Shown here piece after piece: positions 1 to 8,535 of a stretch of 32,000 bases of DNA. The position numbers were made by a program, and so were the translations under genes. How positions within the stretch are numbered: the first letter of the stretch is position 1; the number at the start of each line of letters is the position of its first letter. The stretch comes from Edaphobacter aggregans (GTDB lineage Bacteria > Acidobacteriota > Terriglobia > Terriglobales > Acidobacteriaceae). The notes under the pieces are model-generated. The model made no database searches. It was given only the letters and a program-made list of their open reading frames with translations, and was not told the origin of the DNA. Location of the stretch: positions 3,690,001-3,722,000 of the forward strand of contig NZ_RSDW01000001.1 of NCBI RefSeq assembly GCF_003945235.1, read 5' to 3'.

Positions 1-1807
1 TGTCGATTGCTTTTGCGGGGTCTCCATGGCTGAGAGTTGCACGGGTGTAGACCATCAAAGCGGCACCGTTGTTTGGATTGAGCTGCATCGCCTTTTGGGC
101 CGAGGCTGTGCCCGCGTTTATGTCACCGGTCTGAAGCTGCAGCTCAGCGAGCATGGTGTACATATCTGCGTTCTGCGGGACTTTGGCGATCTGCTGCTGA
201 ATACGATCAATGGCCTTGGCTGGCTGCTTCTCAACCAGCATGGTGTAGACAAGCAGGCGCATGGCGCGAGCGGAGTTTGGGTCGTTGGTGAGTGCCTGCT
301 CGAGGAGAGCCTTGGCTTCGGGAATATTCTTCTGAGTCAAACGAAGCTCTGCCAGGGACAAGGGAGCGAGAGCGTTTTTGGGGTCGAGTTTCATGGCCTG
401 CTTGAAATCGGCCTCTGTCTTGTCGTACTGTTTCTGATTCCCTTCTGACATCCCTCTCCAAATGTAAGGATTCGCGAGCTGCGGGTTGATGGCGATGGCG
501 GCCTCCGCAGCCTGTGCTAGAAGCCCGAAGTCGCGGGCATCGAGGGCGGCCTGAGCGAGACCCTCCTGGGCCTGGAAGTTTCTCGGGTTGAGCTTTACAG
601 CGTCGCGAAAGCTCTGAAGGGCAACGGTCTGATCGCCCTTCATGCGAGCGGCGCGGCCCAGCCAAATCTTGACCTGAACGTTCTCGGGGTTGTTCTTCGC
701 AGACTTCTGCAGGAGGTTGAAGGCTTCAGTTGCCTTGTTATCGTTCAAGAGGAGCATGGCGTTGAGAACTGCAACGTCGGGGTCGCCCGCGTCGGTTTTT
801 TCAAGATCGTCAGCGATGGGCTTGGCCTTCGCCACGTCCTTTTTCATGAGCAGGATGCGGGCATAGGCCAGCTTGAGTTGCGTGCTCTTAGGATGTTTGG
901 CGACAAGATCAGCGTAGGCCGGCTCGGCACGATCCAGCTGCTGGGTGCTGATGTAGTAGCTCTCAAGAAGGTTAGCCCCGACCGGTGAGTCGCTGAGATC
1001 GTCGGCTGTTTGCCGGAAGGTCTCTTCGGCCTTGGCCTTGTCACCTTGGCGGAGATATATATGGCCGAGGTTGGCGCGTGCGCTGACATTTTTGGGGTCG
1101 GCTGTGACGGCGGCTTGCATCGCTTGCAAGGCTCCGGACAGGTCACCCTTTCTCTCGAGCAATGCGGCGAGCGCTATGTGAGAAGTGGCGTTCTTCGGAT
1201 CGAGTGAGACGGCCTTGTTGAGTTGCTCTTCGGCAGCAGGTTCTGTGGCGGGATCAGAGGCCTGGAGAAGGCCAAGCGCGGTGTGAAAGTTGGCCCGGTT
1301 CGGGTCGATGGAGAGGGCGTGTTGAATCTGGGAGAGGGCTTCGGCGCGATCTCCCTTGGTGGCGGCTATGCTCGAGAGAAGGGCATAGGCGTCGGCGTTG
1401 TTGCTGTCGATCGCCAGTACAGCCTTTGCCTGTTCGGCTGCACGGTCAGGCTGGCGGCCGGCCAAAAGCATGTTGCCGAGGTCGATCCGAGCCTGGGTAT
1501 TGCTGGACTGCAGGTCGACTGTGCGGAGAAGCTCGGCGTAGGCGGGCAGCATATTGCCCTGTTTGACATAAACTTTGGCCAACTCATAGTGGGCCGCAGC
1601 GAAGTTATGATCGACCCTGAGAGCGTTGGAGAACTGGATGGCCGCTTCCTTCAACTTATTGTCGGCAGCGTACCGTTTGCCGCTCTCAAGATACTTCTGT
1701 TTTTGCTTGTTGGGGTCGCGCGAACAACCAACGGTAAGCCCCAAGGCGATCGAGACAGCAAGTACCGCAGAAACCCGGAACCATCGTGGAGCTAATTGCA
1801 TTTTCAT
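1..1807 (-). CDS. prsT: TPR-repeat lipoprotein associated with the exosortase/PEP-CTERM system (PrsT-like); C-terminal part runs off the window
   Basis: Absent from the ORF track because the frame has no stop inside the window. My minus-strand translation from ATG at 1807 (SD-like GAGGAAAG just upstream) reads MKMQLAPRWFRVSAVLAVSIALGLTVGCSRDPNKQKQKYLESGKRYAADNKLKEAAIQFSNALRVDHNFAAAHYELAKVY... This is a signal peptide plus lipobox-like LTVGC, then continuous TPR-like repeats. The frame spot-checked open down to base 1 (...AQKAMQLNPNNGAA...). It lies immediately downstream of exosortase-epsI, as PrsT (TIGR02917-type) does in XrtA loci. Confidence 0.7.
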   Translation of the reverse strand, partial: MKMQLAPRWFRVSAVLAVSIALGLTVGCSRDPNKQKQKYLESGKRYAADNKLKEAAIQFSNALRVDHNFAAAHYELAKVYVKQGNMLPAYAELLRTVDLQSSNTQARIDLGNMLLAGRQPDRAAEQAKAVLAIDSNNADAYALLSSIAATKGDRAEALSQIQHALSIDPNRANFHTALGLLQASDPATEPAAEEQLNKAVSLDPKNATSHIALAALLERKGDLSGALQAMQAAVTADPKNVSARANLGHIYLRQGDKAKAEETFRQTADDLSDSPVGANLLESYYISTQQLDRAEPAYADLVAKHPKSTQLKLAYARILLMKKDVAKAKPIADDLEKTDAGDPDVAVLNAMLLLNDNKATEAFNLLQKSAKNNPENVQVKIWLGRAARMKGDQTVALQSFRDAVKLNPRNFQAQEGLAQAALDARDFGLLAQAAEAAIAINPQLANPYIWRGMSEGNQKQYDKTEADFKQAMKLDPKNALAPLSLAELRLTQKNIPEAKALLEQALTNDPNSARAMRLLVYTMLVEKQPAKAIDRIQQQIAKVPQNADMYTMLAELQLQTGDINAGTASAQKAMQLNPNNGAALMVYTRATLSHGDPAKAID

Positions 1808-1907
1808 CGAGCTTTCCTCTTCAGATAAGAACTTGTACTACGTAGATGTTTACTCCGTTACAGACCCATCTGGCACGATGCAGTATTTTCGCAACGGTTG
1901 CCGAGCT

Positions 1908-2597
1908 TCAGTCGGGAATAAACTGCGGCAGAAGTGGTGCTAACTCACCGGCGAAAAGTAGAGCGCGGTCCCGGGCGCTGGAGATTGGCTCGGACGGCAG
2001 GACGCTGGTGATGACGCGGACCAGGGCGCCGTCAGTACGGTTTGTGCGTATCGCATCCTTGACCATGTAGAGCTTGGCTTTGTATTCATTGGCAATGCTC
2101 CGGCCATGCGCCTGATACCAATAAATAACGAATTGTCTACTCTCGCCGTTGCTAATAACGTATTCGCCAACGTTATAGAGCTTTCCGTTGATATCGGGCA
2201 TGTTGACGTATCGGGAGGTCTCAAAAGTCCAGCCGGCTCCTGGGAGACAGTGCTGGGGCGAATGAATGGTCTGGCCGGTGCGCTGAGTAGGGAAATAGCC
2301 GATGAACAGGCTGACTGGAGCTGACGGATTGACCGCAGAGTGCGACTGGGCCTGAGCACCCGGCTGATGAAGTACGGAGGCGCCATAGATACGGTTGAGG
2401 AAATCGCCTTGGCCGAGTACGTCGAGAGTGTCCTGATCGAGAGGGATGTCTTGCAAGGTTGTCCAGGCTCCGATGGTGTTCGGCATCTGGCTCAAGGATT
2501 GACGAGGAGGAACATAGTCTTTGTCTCCACGGGTGTGGAGGAGAATGGCAGTTGCCGTGAGGAGGACTATGACAGTCCAAAATCGTGGAGATTTCAT
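1908..2597 (-). CDS. epsI: EpsI-family exosortase-associated protein
   Basis: Track ORF is 1908..2684. I prefer Met30 (MKSPRFWTVIVLLTATAILL, an N-terminal anchor). Its ATG (2597-2595) overlaps the exosortase TGA (2596-2594) as ATGA, indicating translational coupling. The body (FIGYFPTQRTGQTIHSPQHCLPGAGW...VIYWYQ) matches my memory of the EpsI/DUF3485 family. Its position directly after an exosortase is canonical. Confidence 0.8.
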   Translation of the reverse strand: MKSPRFWTVIVLLTATAILLHTRGDKDYVPPRQSLSQMPNTIGAWTTLQDIPLDQDTLDVLGQGDFLNRIYGASVLHQPGAQAQSHSAVNPSAPVSLFIGYFPTQRTGQTIHSPQHCLPGAGWTFETSRYVNMPDINGKLYNVGEYVISNGESRQFVIYWYQAHGRSIANEYKAKLYMVKDAIRTNRTDGALVRVITSVLPSEPISSARDRALLFAGELAPLLPQFIPD

Positions 2598-3544
2598 ATC
2601 GTCTTGCTCTTGACTGGTGAAATGAGGCGCATGACACGGTGGACCAGATACAGGCAGCACAGCGAAATGACAAACATCACCCACCCTGAAAATTCGTGGA
2701 AGAAGCCGAGAGCCTTAACCGGATCCCAGTATTGGACGAAGAGACCAGTGCCAACGATTCTTACGACGTTGGCAGCCACAGCGATGGGAATGCTGGCTAA
2801 GGCAAGAATCACGCGGCGTTTGGTGGTCTTTTCAAGAAAGTAACCATAGAAGACCGCCAGGGTGAACAGGCTCATCAGAGAACGGATACCGCTGCAGGCT
2901 TCGGCCACTTCCAGCTTCATGACCGGAAGTTCAATGACATTGCCATCTTGCAGGACTGGAACGCCGAATAGGGGCAGGATGATGCTGGCAACTCGGGAAG
3001 CGAGGAGTTGTAGCGGAAAGGTGATTTGGTTGAAGACGATGGCGGGAAAAGGGATTGCCAGCACTAGAACAAAGAGGGGAAAGAGAAGGCGATTAAGCAT
3101 GGGGCGACCGAAGAAAGTCCAGATGAGACCGCCCAGCAGAAAGACGAACGATATTCGTGAGGTGAAGAGCTCAACACCATAGACGCCGAGTATGAGAATG
3201 ACGAGTGCGAAGACGATCAGGCCAATTCCGGCCCAGGAAGGCCGAACAGGGGTGGCGCGGATCGCATCTCGATTGTCCCAGACAAGAAAGAGAGCAAAGA
3301 GAGGGACGAGGAAGCCGTGGGAATAGTCTGGGATGTTGTACCAGTCGGCTACCAGCTTGATAGCGATGCGAAAGTAAATCGCGACAAGGAGAGCGATAAT
3401 GGCAACCCAAGGAGCCCATCGTTCCGGGGATAGTCGCCCCGACCGTTTCTTGTCGGAAAAGGCTTCCTCGCTCGGGGTGAACGGTGGAGGAAGTGGTTCT
3501 GTTTGCATGCTGCCCACCGTTGTTGGTAAGACGTTATACTTCAC
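2594..3544 (-). CDS. xrtA: Exosortase (XrtA-type by locus synteny)
   Basis: Polytopic membrane ORF containing the exosortase active-site context EACSGIRSL. It is followed by epsI and prsT and faces the XrtA-associated EPS export genes. The true start is probably Met13 (ATG at 3508, MQTEPLPPPF). A sigma54-type promoter at 3557-3572 would place the transcript start at about 3546, too close to the 3544 ATG. Confidence 0.85.
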   Translation of the reverse strand: MKYNVLPTTVGSMQTEPLPPPFTPSEEAFSDKKRSGRLSPERWAPWVAIIALLVAIYFRIAIKLVADWYNIPDYSHGFLVPLFALFLVWDNRDAIRATPVRPSWAGIGLIVFALVILILGVYGVELFTSRISFVFLLGGLIWTFFGRPMLNRLLFPLFVLVLAIPFPAIVFNQITFPLQLLASRVASIILPLFGVPVLQDGNVIELPVMKLEVAEACSGIRSLMSLFTLAVFYGYFLEKTTKRRVILALASIPIAVAANVVRIVGTGLFVQYWDPVKALGFFHEFSGWVMFVISLCCLYLVHRVMRLISPVKSKTI

Positions 3545-3556
3545 ATATCACCTGCA

Positions 3557-3572
3557 AGCAATTCGAATGCCG
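3557..3572 (-). promoter_or_regulatory. Candidate sigma54 (-24/-12) promoter for xrtA-epsI-prsT
   Basis: The minus strand reads CGGCATTCGAATTGCT. GGCA and TTGCT have the exact GG-N10-GC spacing of the TGGCACG-N4-TTGCW consensus. It lies 13-50 nt upstream of the two possible exosortase start codons. Two sigma54 activators are encoded nearby. Confidence 0.5.
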
Positions 3573-3638
3573 TGTACCGGAACCGGTTTCTCTTTATTAC
3601 ACGCCTATGTCTATCAAAGTGGAAGATTACCGTCTACA

Positions 3639-3664
3639 AAAAAGGGAAAAACATTTCCCTTTTT
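3639..3664. promoter_or_regulatory. Perfect 11-bp inverted repeat AAAAAGGGAAA-N4-TTTCCCTTTTT between the two divergent sigma54-type promoters (candidate activator/bending site)
   Basis: Read directly: A39-A49 and T54-T64 are exact reverse complements with spacer AACA. The centre is about 80 bp from the minus-strand promoter and about 163 bp from the plus-strand promoter, a typical UAS distance range. Confidence 0.35.
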
Positions 3665-3813
3665 GACTGCCAATCTGCACACTGAGGGAGTACCCTAAAG
3701 TGGGGTAAAAGACTGATCTTCTGTCCAGAGATTCATCGGTCAGTTGTTGCAAAATGGCTTACATGTACCCGCGAGCGGAATTCTTTAGGAAAAATCGCCT
3801 CAGGGTAATGATT

Positions 3814-3829
3814 TGGCCCTTGTGGTGCA
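3814..3829 (+). promoter_or_regulatory. Candidate sigma54 (-24/-12) promoter for the EPS export operon
   Basis: TGGCCCTTGTGGTGCA contains TGGC...TGCA with GG-N10-GC spacing. It is about 175 nt upstream of the ATG at 4005. Confidence 0.45.
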
Positions 3830-4004
3830 GGAAGATTTGTCAGGTTTAGTGACGCCCTAGAGGTCTTCATGGCGTGCGGTTTAATGTGGATCCGTAACGC
3901 AAGCTGCATCAATAGTAAATGGAAATAAACGAGAACCGAACCTGATGAGTCAATAAAAGGGATGAGTCAATCCCTTGTCTTTACGAAAGGATGGGAGCTA
4001 CTCG

Positions 4005-4706
4005 ATGAAGTGTTTTGATGTGGTCTTGATTGGAGTGCTGTCTGTGGGACCGGCGGTCGCTGGCATGGCCCAGGCGGCACAAACGAAGCCGGTACCACCC
4101 GTTACGCCTCCAGTGTCTACGGCTGCACCTGCGACTGGGACGGACGGAGTGGTTGCGACACCAGCTCCGGCCAACCCTGACGGAGCCCCTTCCCCATCGA
4201 AATCATCCGACGCGGGGGTAGCAAATACGCCACATTACATTATTGGACCTGAGGACAACCTGCAAATCTCGGTCTGGAAGGAGCCGTCGCTCTCGGGCAC
4301 GATTCCGGTACGACCTGACGGTATGATCTCGCTGGCCCTGGTGGGCGATTTGCCCGCGTCAGGACGGACGCCGATGCAACTGGCGAACGACATCACAGTG
4401 CGACTAAAGAAGTATGTCCAGGACCCCAACGTCTCTGTTGTCGTACTAGCAGTGAACAGCCAGAAGATCTATATGGTTGGCGAGGTAGGACATGTTGGAC
4501 CGATCCCCCTGGCAGCAGGGATGACGCCATTGCAGGCAATTGCTACTGCAGGTGGGCTGGGTCCGTTTGCGAACTCGAAGAAGATTTATATTATGCGGAC
4601 AGTGGCGGGTAAGGAACAGAAGATCCCATTCAATTACAAGGTGGCGCTGAAGGGAGGAGATCAGGGAGTCACGCTGCAGTCTGGAGATACGATCGTCGTC
4701 CCATGA
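4005..4706 (+). CDS. Polysaccharide export protein (Wza-like; Poly_export + SLBB), XrtA/PEP-CTERM-system type
   Basis: The track ORF starts at TTG 3975. I prefer ATG 4005 (MKCFDVVLIGVLSVGPAVAGMAQA signal peptide, AGGA upstream). Poly_export-like segment: YIIGPEDNLQISVWKEP...VRPDGMISLALVGDLPASGRTPMQLANDI. SLBB-like segment: KIYMVGEV...MTPLQAIATAGG...GDTIVVP. A roughly 50-aa Pro/Ala/Thr-rich linker follows the signal peptide. Confidence 0.85.
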   Translation: MKCFDVVLIGVLSVGPAVAGMAQAAQTKPVPPVTPPVSTAAPATGTDGVVATPAPANPDGAPSPSKSSDAGVANTPHYIIGPEDNLQISVWKEPSLSGTIPVRPDGMISLALVGDLPASGRTPMQLANDITVRLKKYVQDPNVSVVVLAVNSQKIYMVGEVGHVGPIPLAAGMTPLQAIATAGGLGPFANSKKIYIMRTVAGKEQKIPFNYKVALKGGDQGVTLQSGDTIVVP

Positions 4707-6055
4707 GATGCCCTATGAAGATATGGCTGCCAATCTCGATGATGCTTCTGGCGCTGAGCGCTGTCTCGCCAGGACAGGCTGTTCCAACAGCCGTCGTCTC
4801 CAATACCAGCTCAGGATGGGGGATGCCGGCGCTCGATGGGACTGTCCACTACGCTTTGACCGCTTCGCAGCTGGTGCAACTGGGAGCCAACGGTTCGGGC
4901 GATACGACGCACTCGACTACATTGTCGGGAAACGTCTCCTATGCGAACACAAGCGAAGCACTACCGTTCTCAATGCTTTATTCGGGCGGCGTTCTTTTCG
5001 GAAACCTGTCGGGACAGGGAACGACGACCTTCCAGAATATTACCGTTTCGCAGGGACTTATTAGAGGAAAATGGGTGCTGGGTGTTTCTAATTCGTTCAG
5101 CTATCTACCGCAATCGCCAACTACGGGCTTGTCTGGAGTTCCGGGCGTGGGGGATCTTGGGACACAGCCGATTCAGGTACCGGGAGAGCCTCCAGTTGGA
5201 GGTGTGCTGACCTACTCAGGAAACCGCTACTCCAATACCTTGAGCGGCAACATTGAACGACGTCTTACCGGTAAGACCTCTTTGAGTGGAATGGGTTCCT
5301 GGTCAGTGCTACGGTTTCTGGATAACAACGGGCTGGATACGACGCAGATCTCGGGATCCGTGAGCGCTAATCATAGGATTGATGCCCGGAATACAATTAG
5401 CGCAAGTGCCATCTATTCCACATATACGACGAATGGGACTCTTCAGGAAGTCAATCTGCTGAATCCTCTTTACGCAACCGATTTCCAAACGCGCGGTTTG
5501 AATGTGGGGTATACGCGTTTGATGACTCGGGCACTCACCCTGAACGCCTCGGCAGGACCGCAGTGGGTGAACAGTTCCAGTGGGGTTCTGATTCCGTCGC
5601 GTGTGAATCTGGCTGCGGACGTGGGCCTTACCTATAGTCGGAAGATCATCGGTGCAAACGTGAATTATTCCCGGGGAGTCAACGGGGGGGGCGGAGTACA
5701 GCCGGGTGGGCTGTCTGACATCATTTCAGGTTCCGTGAGCCGCAGTCTTAGTCGTGTCTGGACGACCTCAGCTCAGGCGGTTTATTCACGTACTTCGGGG
5801 CTGCTCGCTGCAGCACCTGTTACGGCACAAACAACAACTCCAGCGAGCGTCAACGGAGTGACTGAAACGTTCTATTGCGGGGCGCAACTGTCGCGTGGAT
5901 TCGGCAGGTATTGGTCAGGCTGGGTGAGTTACGGGGCCCAGAACCAATCCATCAATAATTCAATTGTGTCGCAGAATGCTTTTAGCGGGTTCTCGCAGAC
6001 GTTTGCAGTAGGAATTACATTCGCGCCGAGGGCAACACGTCTCGGTCAGTTTTAA
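4703..6055 (+). CDS. Putative outer-membrane beta-barrel protein of the EPS locus (EpsL-like position)
   Basis: Its ATG overlaps the upstream TGA (ATGA at 4703-4706). It has a signal peptide (MKIWLPISMMLLALSAVSPGQA), Ser/Thr/Gly/Asn-rich alternating beta-strand-like composition, and a C-terminal aromatic residue (..RLGQF) typical of OMPs. The family assignment rests on context only. Confidence 0.55.
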   Translation: MRCPMKIWLPISMMLLALSAVSPGQAVPTAVVSNTSSGWGMPALDGTVHYALTASQLVQLGANGSGDTTHSTTLSGNVSYANTSEALPFSMLYSGGVLFGNLSGQGTTTFQNITVSQGLIRGKWVLGVSNSFSYLPQSPTTGLSGVPGVGDLGTQPIQVPGEPPVGGVLTYSGNRYSNTLSGNIERRLTGKTSLSGMGSWSVLRFLDNNGLDTTQISGSVSANHRIDARNTISASAIYSTYTTNGTLQEVNLLNPLYATDFQTRGLNVGYTRLMTRALTLNASAGPQWVNSSSGVLIPSRVNLAADVGLTYSRKIIGANVNYSRGVNGGGGVQPGGLSDIISGSVSRSLSRVWTTSAQAVYSRTSGLLAAAPVTAQTTTPASVNGVTETFYCGAQLSRGFGRYWSGWVSYGAQNQSINNSIVSQNAFSGFSQTFAVGITFAPRATRLGQF

Positions 6056-6064
6056 GGAGTCATC

Positions 6065-7597
6065 ATGCTTGGTCATCGTGCACTGACGTTTGAAGATTAT
6101 GGTGCCATCCTAAAAAGACGGTGGTGGATGGTTGCTATTCCTGCGGCGATCCTACCGGTGATTGCATTTGCGAGCAGCTATTTAGTGCAACCGCAGTACT
6201 TGTCGCAGACGTTGGTGTTGGTGGAGCAGCAGAAGGTTCCCGAAGATTACGTAAGGCCAGTAGTGTCGGAAGATCTGACTGGCCGGCTGGCTTCGATGAG
6301 GGAGCAGATTCTGAGCCGTGCGCGGTTGATGCCAATCATTGAACGGTTCAACCTCTACGGCAGCGGTAAGATGTCGATGGACGACCGGATTGATCTAACG
6401 CGGAAGAACATCGATATCAAGCCAATTCACTCAGAGATGGCACGTACTGGCGGGCTGCCGGGCTTCTTCATTTCGTTTACGGCCTCCGATGCACGTACAG
6501 CGCAGCAGGTGGCTGGCGAGATTACGTCGTTGTTCGTGAATGAGAACCTGAGATCCCGCGCGAGTTCTGTGGAAGGCACACAAGAGTTTCTGCAAGGCCA
6601 ACTCGCAGACGCCAAACGGAACCTGGACGACCAGGATGCGAAGATGGCGGCGTTCGAGCAGAAGTATATGGGCAAGCTACCGGGCGAAGAGGCTCCCAAC
6701 ATGAACATGATTTCGAGCCTAAATACGCAGTTAGATGCTACGACTCAGGCTCTGGCACGAATGGAGCAGGATAGAAGTTATGAAGAAGCAATGCTGACTC
6801 AACAGCAGTCCGTGGCCCAGACGATAGATCGTGGCGGTCCGGCACCCCAGGCACAGCAGGCGGAACTGCAGTCGCTTTTGAATGAAGAGGCGGACCTGAC
6901 CAAGCGGTACACCGACGATTACCCGGATGTGGTTGCTGTTCGGCGGAAGATCAAAGATTTGCGCGCTGAGATGGCAAGCGCACCACCACCAGCGCCGGTC
7001 CCACCTGTCTCCGCGCCAAATCGTGGCGATTCACCGGCGGTGTTGCAGCTTCGCGCTCAGATTCGCTCTCTCGACCAGGGGATCGCGCAGAAAAGGCATG
7101 AACAGGGGCAGATCTCTAGCCAACTTAAAATTTATCAGGATCGCATCTCATCGAGCCCCATGGTGCAGGAAGAATATAAGAACCTCACGCGGGATTACAC
7201 AACGGCGCAGGCGTTCTACGACAGTCTCCTGAAGAATGTGAACCAATCGAAAATGGCGACTGACCTGGAAAAACGTCAACAAGGGGAGCAGTTCAAAGTG
7301 ATGGATGAGCCTAATCTTCCAGACGAGCCCTCCTCGCCAAAGCGCAGTGTGTTTCTCGCAGGCGGTTTGGCGGCCGGGCTAGGGCTTGGACTATTACTGG
7401 TTGCGTGGATTGAGTATCGCGACACAGCACTACGCAGCGAGAGGGACATATGGGCGTTTACGAAGCTGCCGACGCTAGCTGTCATATCGCTGACCGGAGA
7501 GATGCAGCCGGTGGCAACCAAGCAAAAATGGACGTTTGGCCGACGCAAACCGAAGATCGCAGCGGCGGGTAAACCGCTGATGAATGCGGGCGGGTGA
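6065..7597 (+). CDS. Polysaccharide chain-length determinant (Wzz/GumC-like, PEP-CTERM locus subfamily)
   Basis: AAGGAG SD lies 5 nt upstream. There is an N-terminal TM (WWMVAIPAAILPVIAFASSYLV), a long coiled-coil periplasmic region, and a C-terminal TM (VFLAGGLAAGLGLGLLLVAWI). This is the Wzz/PCP topology. Confidence 0.8.
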   Translation: MLGHRALTFEDYGAILKRRWWMVAIPAAILPVIAFASSYLVQPQYLSQTLVLVEQQKVPEDYVRPVVSEDLTGRLASMREQILSRARLMPIIERFNLYGSGKMSMDDRIDLTRKNIDIKPIHSEMARTGGLPGFFISFTASDARTAQQVAGEITSLFVNENLRSRASSVEGTQEFLQGQLADAKRNLDDQDAKMAAFEQKYMGKLPGEEAPNMNMISSLNTQLDATTQALARMEQDRSYEEAMLTQQQSVAQTIDRGGPAPQAQQAELQSLLNEEADLTKRYTDDYPDVVAVRRKIKDLRAEMASAPPPAPVPPVSAPNRGDSPAVLQLRAQIRSLDQGIAQKRHEQGQISSQLKIYQDRISSSPMVQEEYKNLTRDYTTAQAFYDSLLKNVNQSKMATDLEKRQQGEQFKVMDEPNLPDEPSSPKRSVFLAGGLAAGLGLGLLLVAWIEYRDTALRSERDIWAFTKLPTLAVISLTGEMQPVATKQKWTFGRRKPKIAAAGKPLMNAGG

Positions 7598-7599
7598 CG

Positions 7600-8535
7600 A
7601 TGTATAAGAGCTTCTTCAAACTGCAGAGCAGTCCTTTTGGGACCAGTCCTGATCCGCGGTTTCTGTACATGATGCCGCATACTCGGGAGGCGCTGGCCTG
7701 CCTTGAGTACGGCATCTCGGCACGGAAGGGATTTACGGTGCTCACGGGTGAAGTTGGCACTGGTAAGACGACACTGTTGAGAAGGGCACTTGCATCGTTT
7801 CATAGCCGGAGGGTATCGACAGCGTTCGTCTTCAATCCACGGCTTGATGTTCTGGATTTTCTTGAATTTGTGCTCACCGACTTCGGTATTGCGCCGGCGA
7901 CGCGTACCAAATCTGGCATGCTGCTGCAGCTTAATCGATGGCTGATTGAGCGGTTTCGCATGGAAGAGACCTGTGTCGTGGTGGTCGATGAGGCCCAGAA
8001 TCTTTCCTGGGAGTTGCTGGAAGAGATTCGGTTGTTGACGAACCTAGAAACATCGTCTGAGAAGCTATTGCAGATCGTGCTCTCGGGGCAGCCCGAGCTT
8101 GAAGAGAAGCTGCGGCATCCGAGCGTTCGACAATTGAGGCAGAGAGTTTCGCTGTGGTGCCGTACGCAGTCACTAACCGAGAGTCAGACGCATGCCTATG
8201 TTGCCGAACGACTTCGAATCGCCGGCGCTACCTGGCCATTGTTTTCGCTGGATGCTCTCGATCTGGTGCATCGCTACGGCCGAGGAATTCCGCGCATCAT
8301 CAATTTGTTGTGTGAGCACTCGCTGATTGTTGCGTATGTCGAACAGGTGCAGCAGGTGACAGGGGCGATGGTAGAGGGAGTGGCGGTCGAATTGGAATTA
8401 GAGACGCAACCGTTCCTCATATCGTCTGCCGCCATGAGTGGCGGAAGCGGGCAGCCATCACGGGCCTTTAGCTCCGATGGTCCCAACCTGATAACGAGTT
8501 TCAACGGAGAAATACCGGGAAGGCAAGATCGATGA
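7600..8535 (+). CDS. ExeA-like AAA ATPase (XrtA/PEP-CTERM system-associated ATPase type)
   Basis: The track start is GTG 7594 (overlapping the TGA at 7595-7597). ATG 7600 gives MYKSFFKLQSSPFG, the typical ExeA-family N-terminus. Walker A is GEVGTGKTT and Walker B is VVVVDEAQ. Confidence 0.8.
   Translation: MYKSFFKLQSSPFGTSPDPRFLYMMPHTREALACLEYGISARKGFTVLTGEVGTGKTTLLRRALASFHSRRVSTAFVFNPRLDVLDFLEFVLTDFGIAPATRTKSGMLLQLNRWLIERFRMEETCVVVVDEAQNLSWELLEEIRLLTNLETSSEKLLQIVLSGQPELEEKLRHPSVRQLRQRVSLWCRTQSLTESQTHAYVAERLRIAGATWPLFSLDALDLVHRYGRGIPRIINLLCEHSLIVAYVEQVQQVTGAMVEGVAVELELETQPFLISSAAMSGGSGQPSRAFSSDGPNLITSFNGEIPGRQDR

Noticed and set aside
26-1795. Track ORFs 26-448(+), 231-665(-), 844-1146(-), 1223-1795(+) and others
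   Set aside because: All overlap the long open minus-strand frame (first codon base positions congruent to 1 mod 3) that encodes a coherent TPR lipoprotein. Their translations are low-complexity.
2598-2684. N-terminal extension of the EpsI ORF (start at 2684)
   Set aside because: It would overlap the exosortase 3' end by 90 nt. The extension (MGDVCHFAVLPVSGPPCH..) lacks signal-peptide character, whereas Met30 gives an ATGA-coupled start with a proper hydrophobic anchor.
3639-3664. Interpretation of the A-tract/stem/T-tract palindrome as a bidirectional rho-independent terminator
   Set aside because: It lies between two divergent promoters, with no gene ending there, and the stem is AT-rich. 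A protein-binding or bending site is more plausible (kept as a low-confidence regulatory feature).
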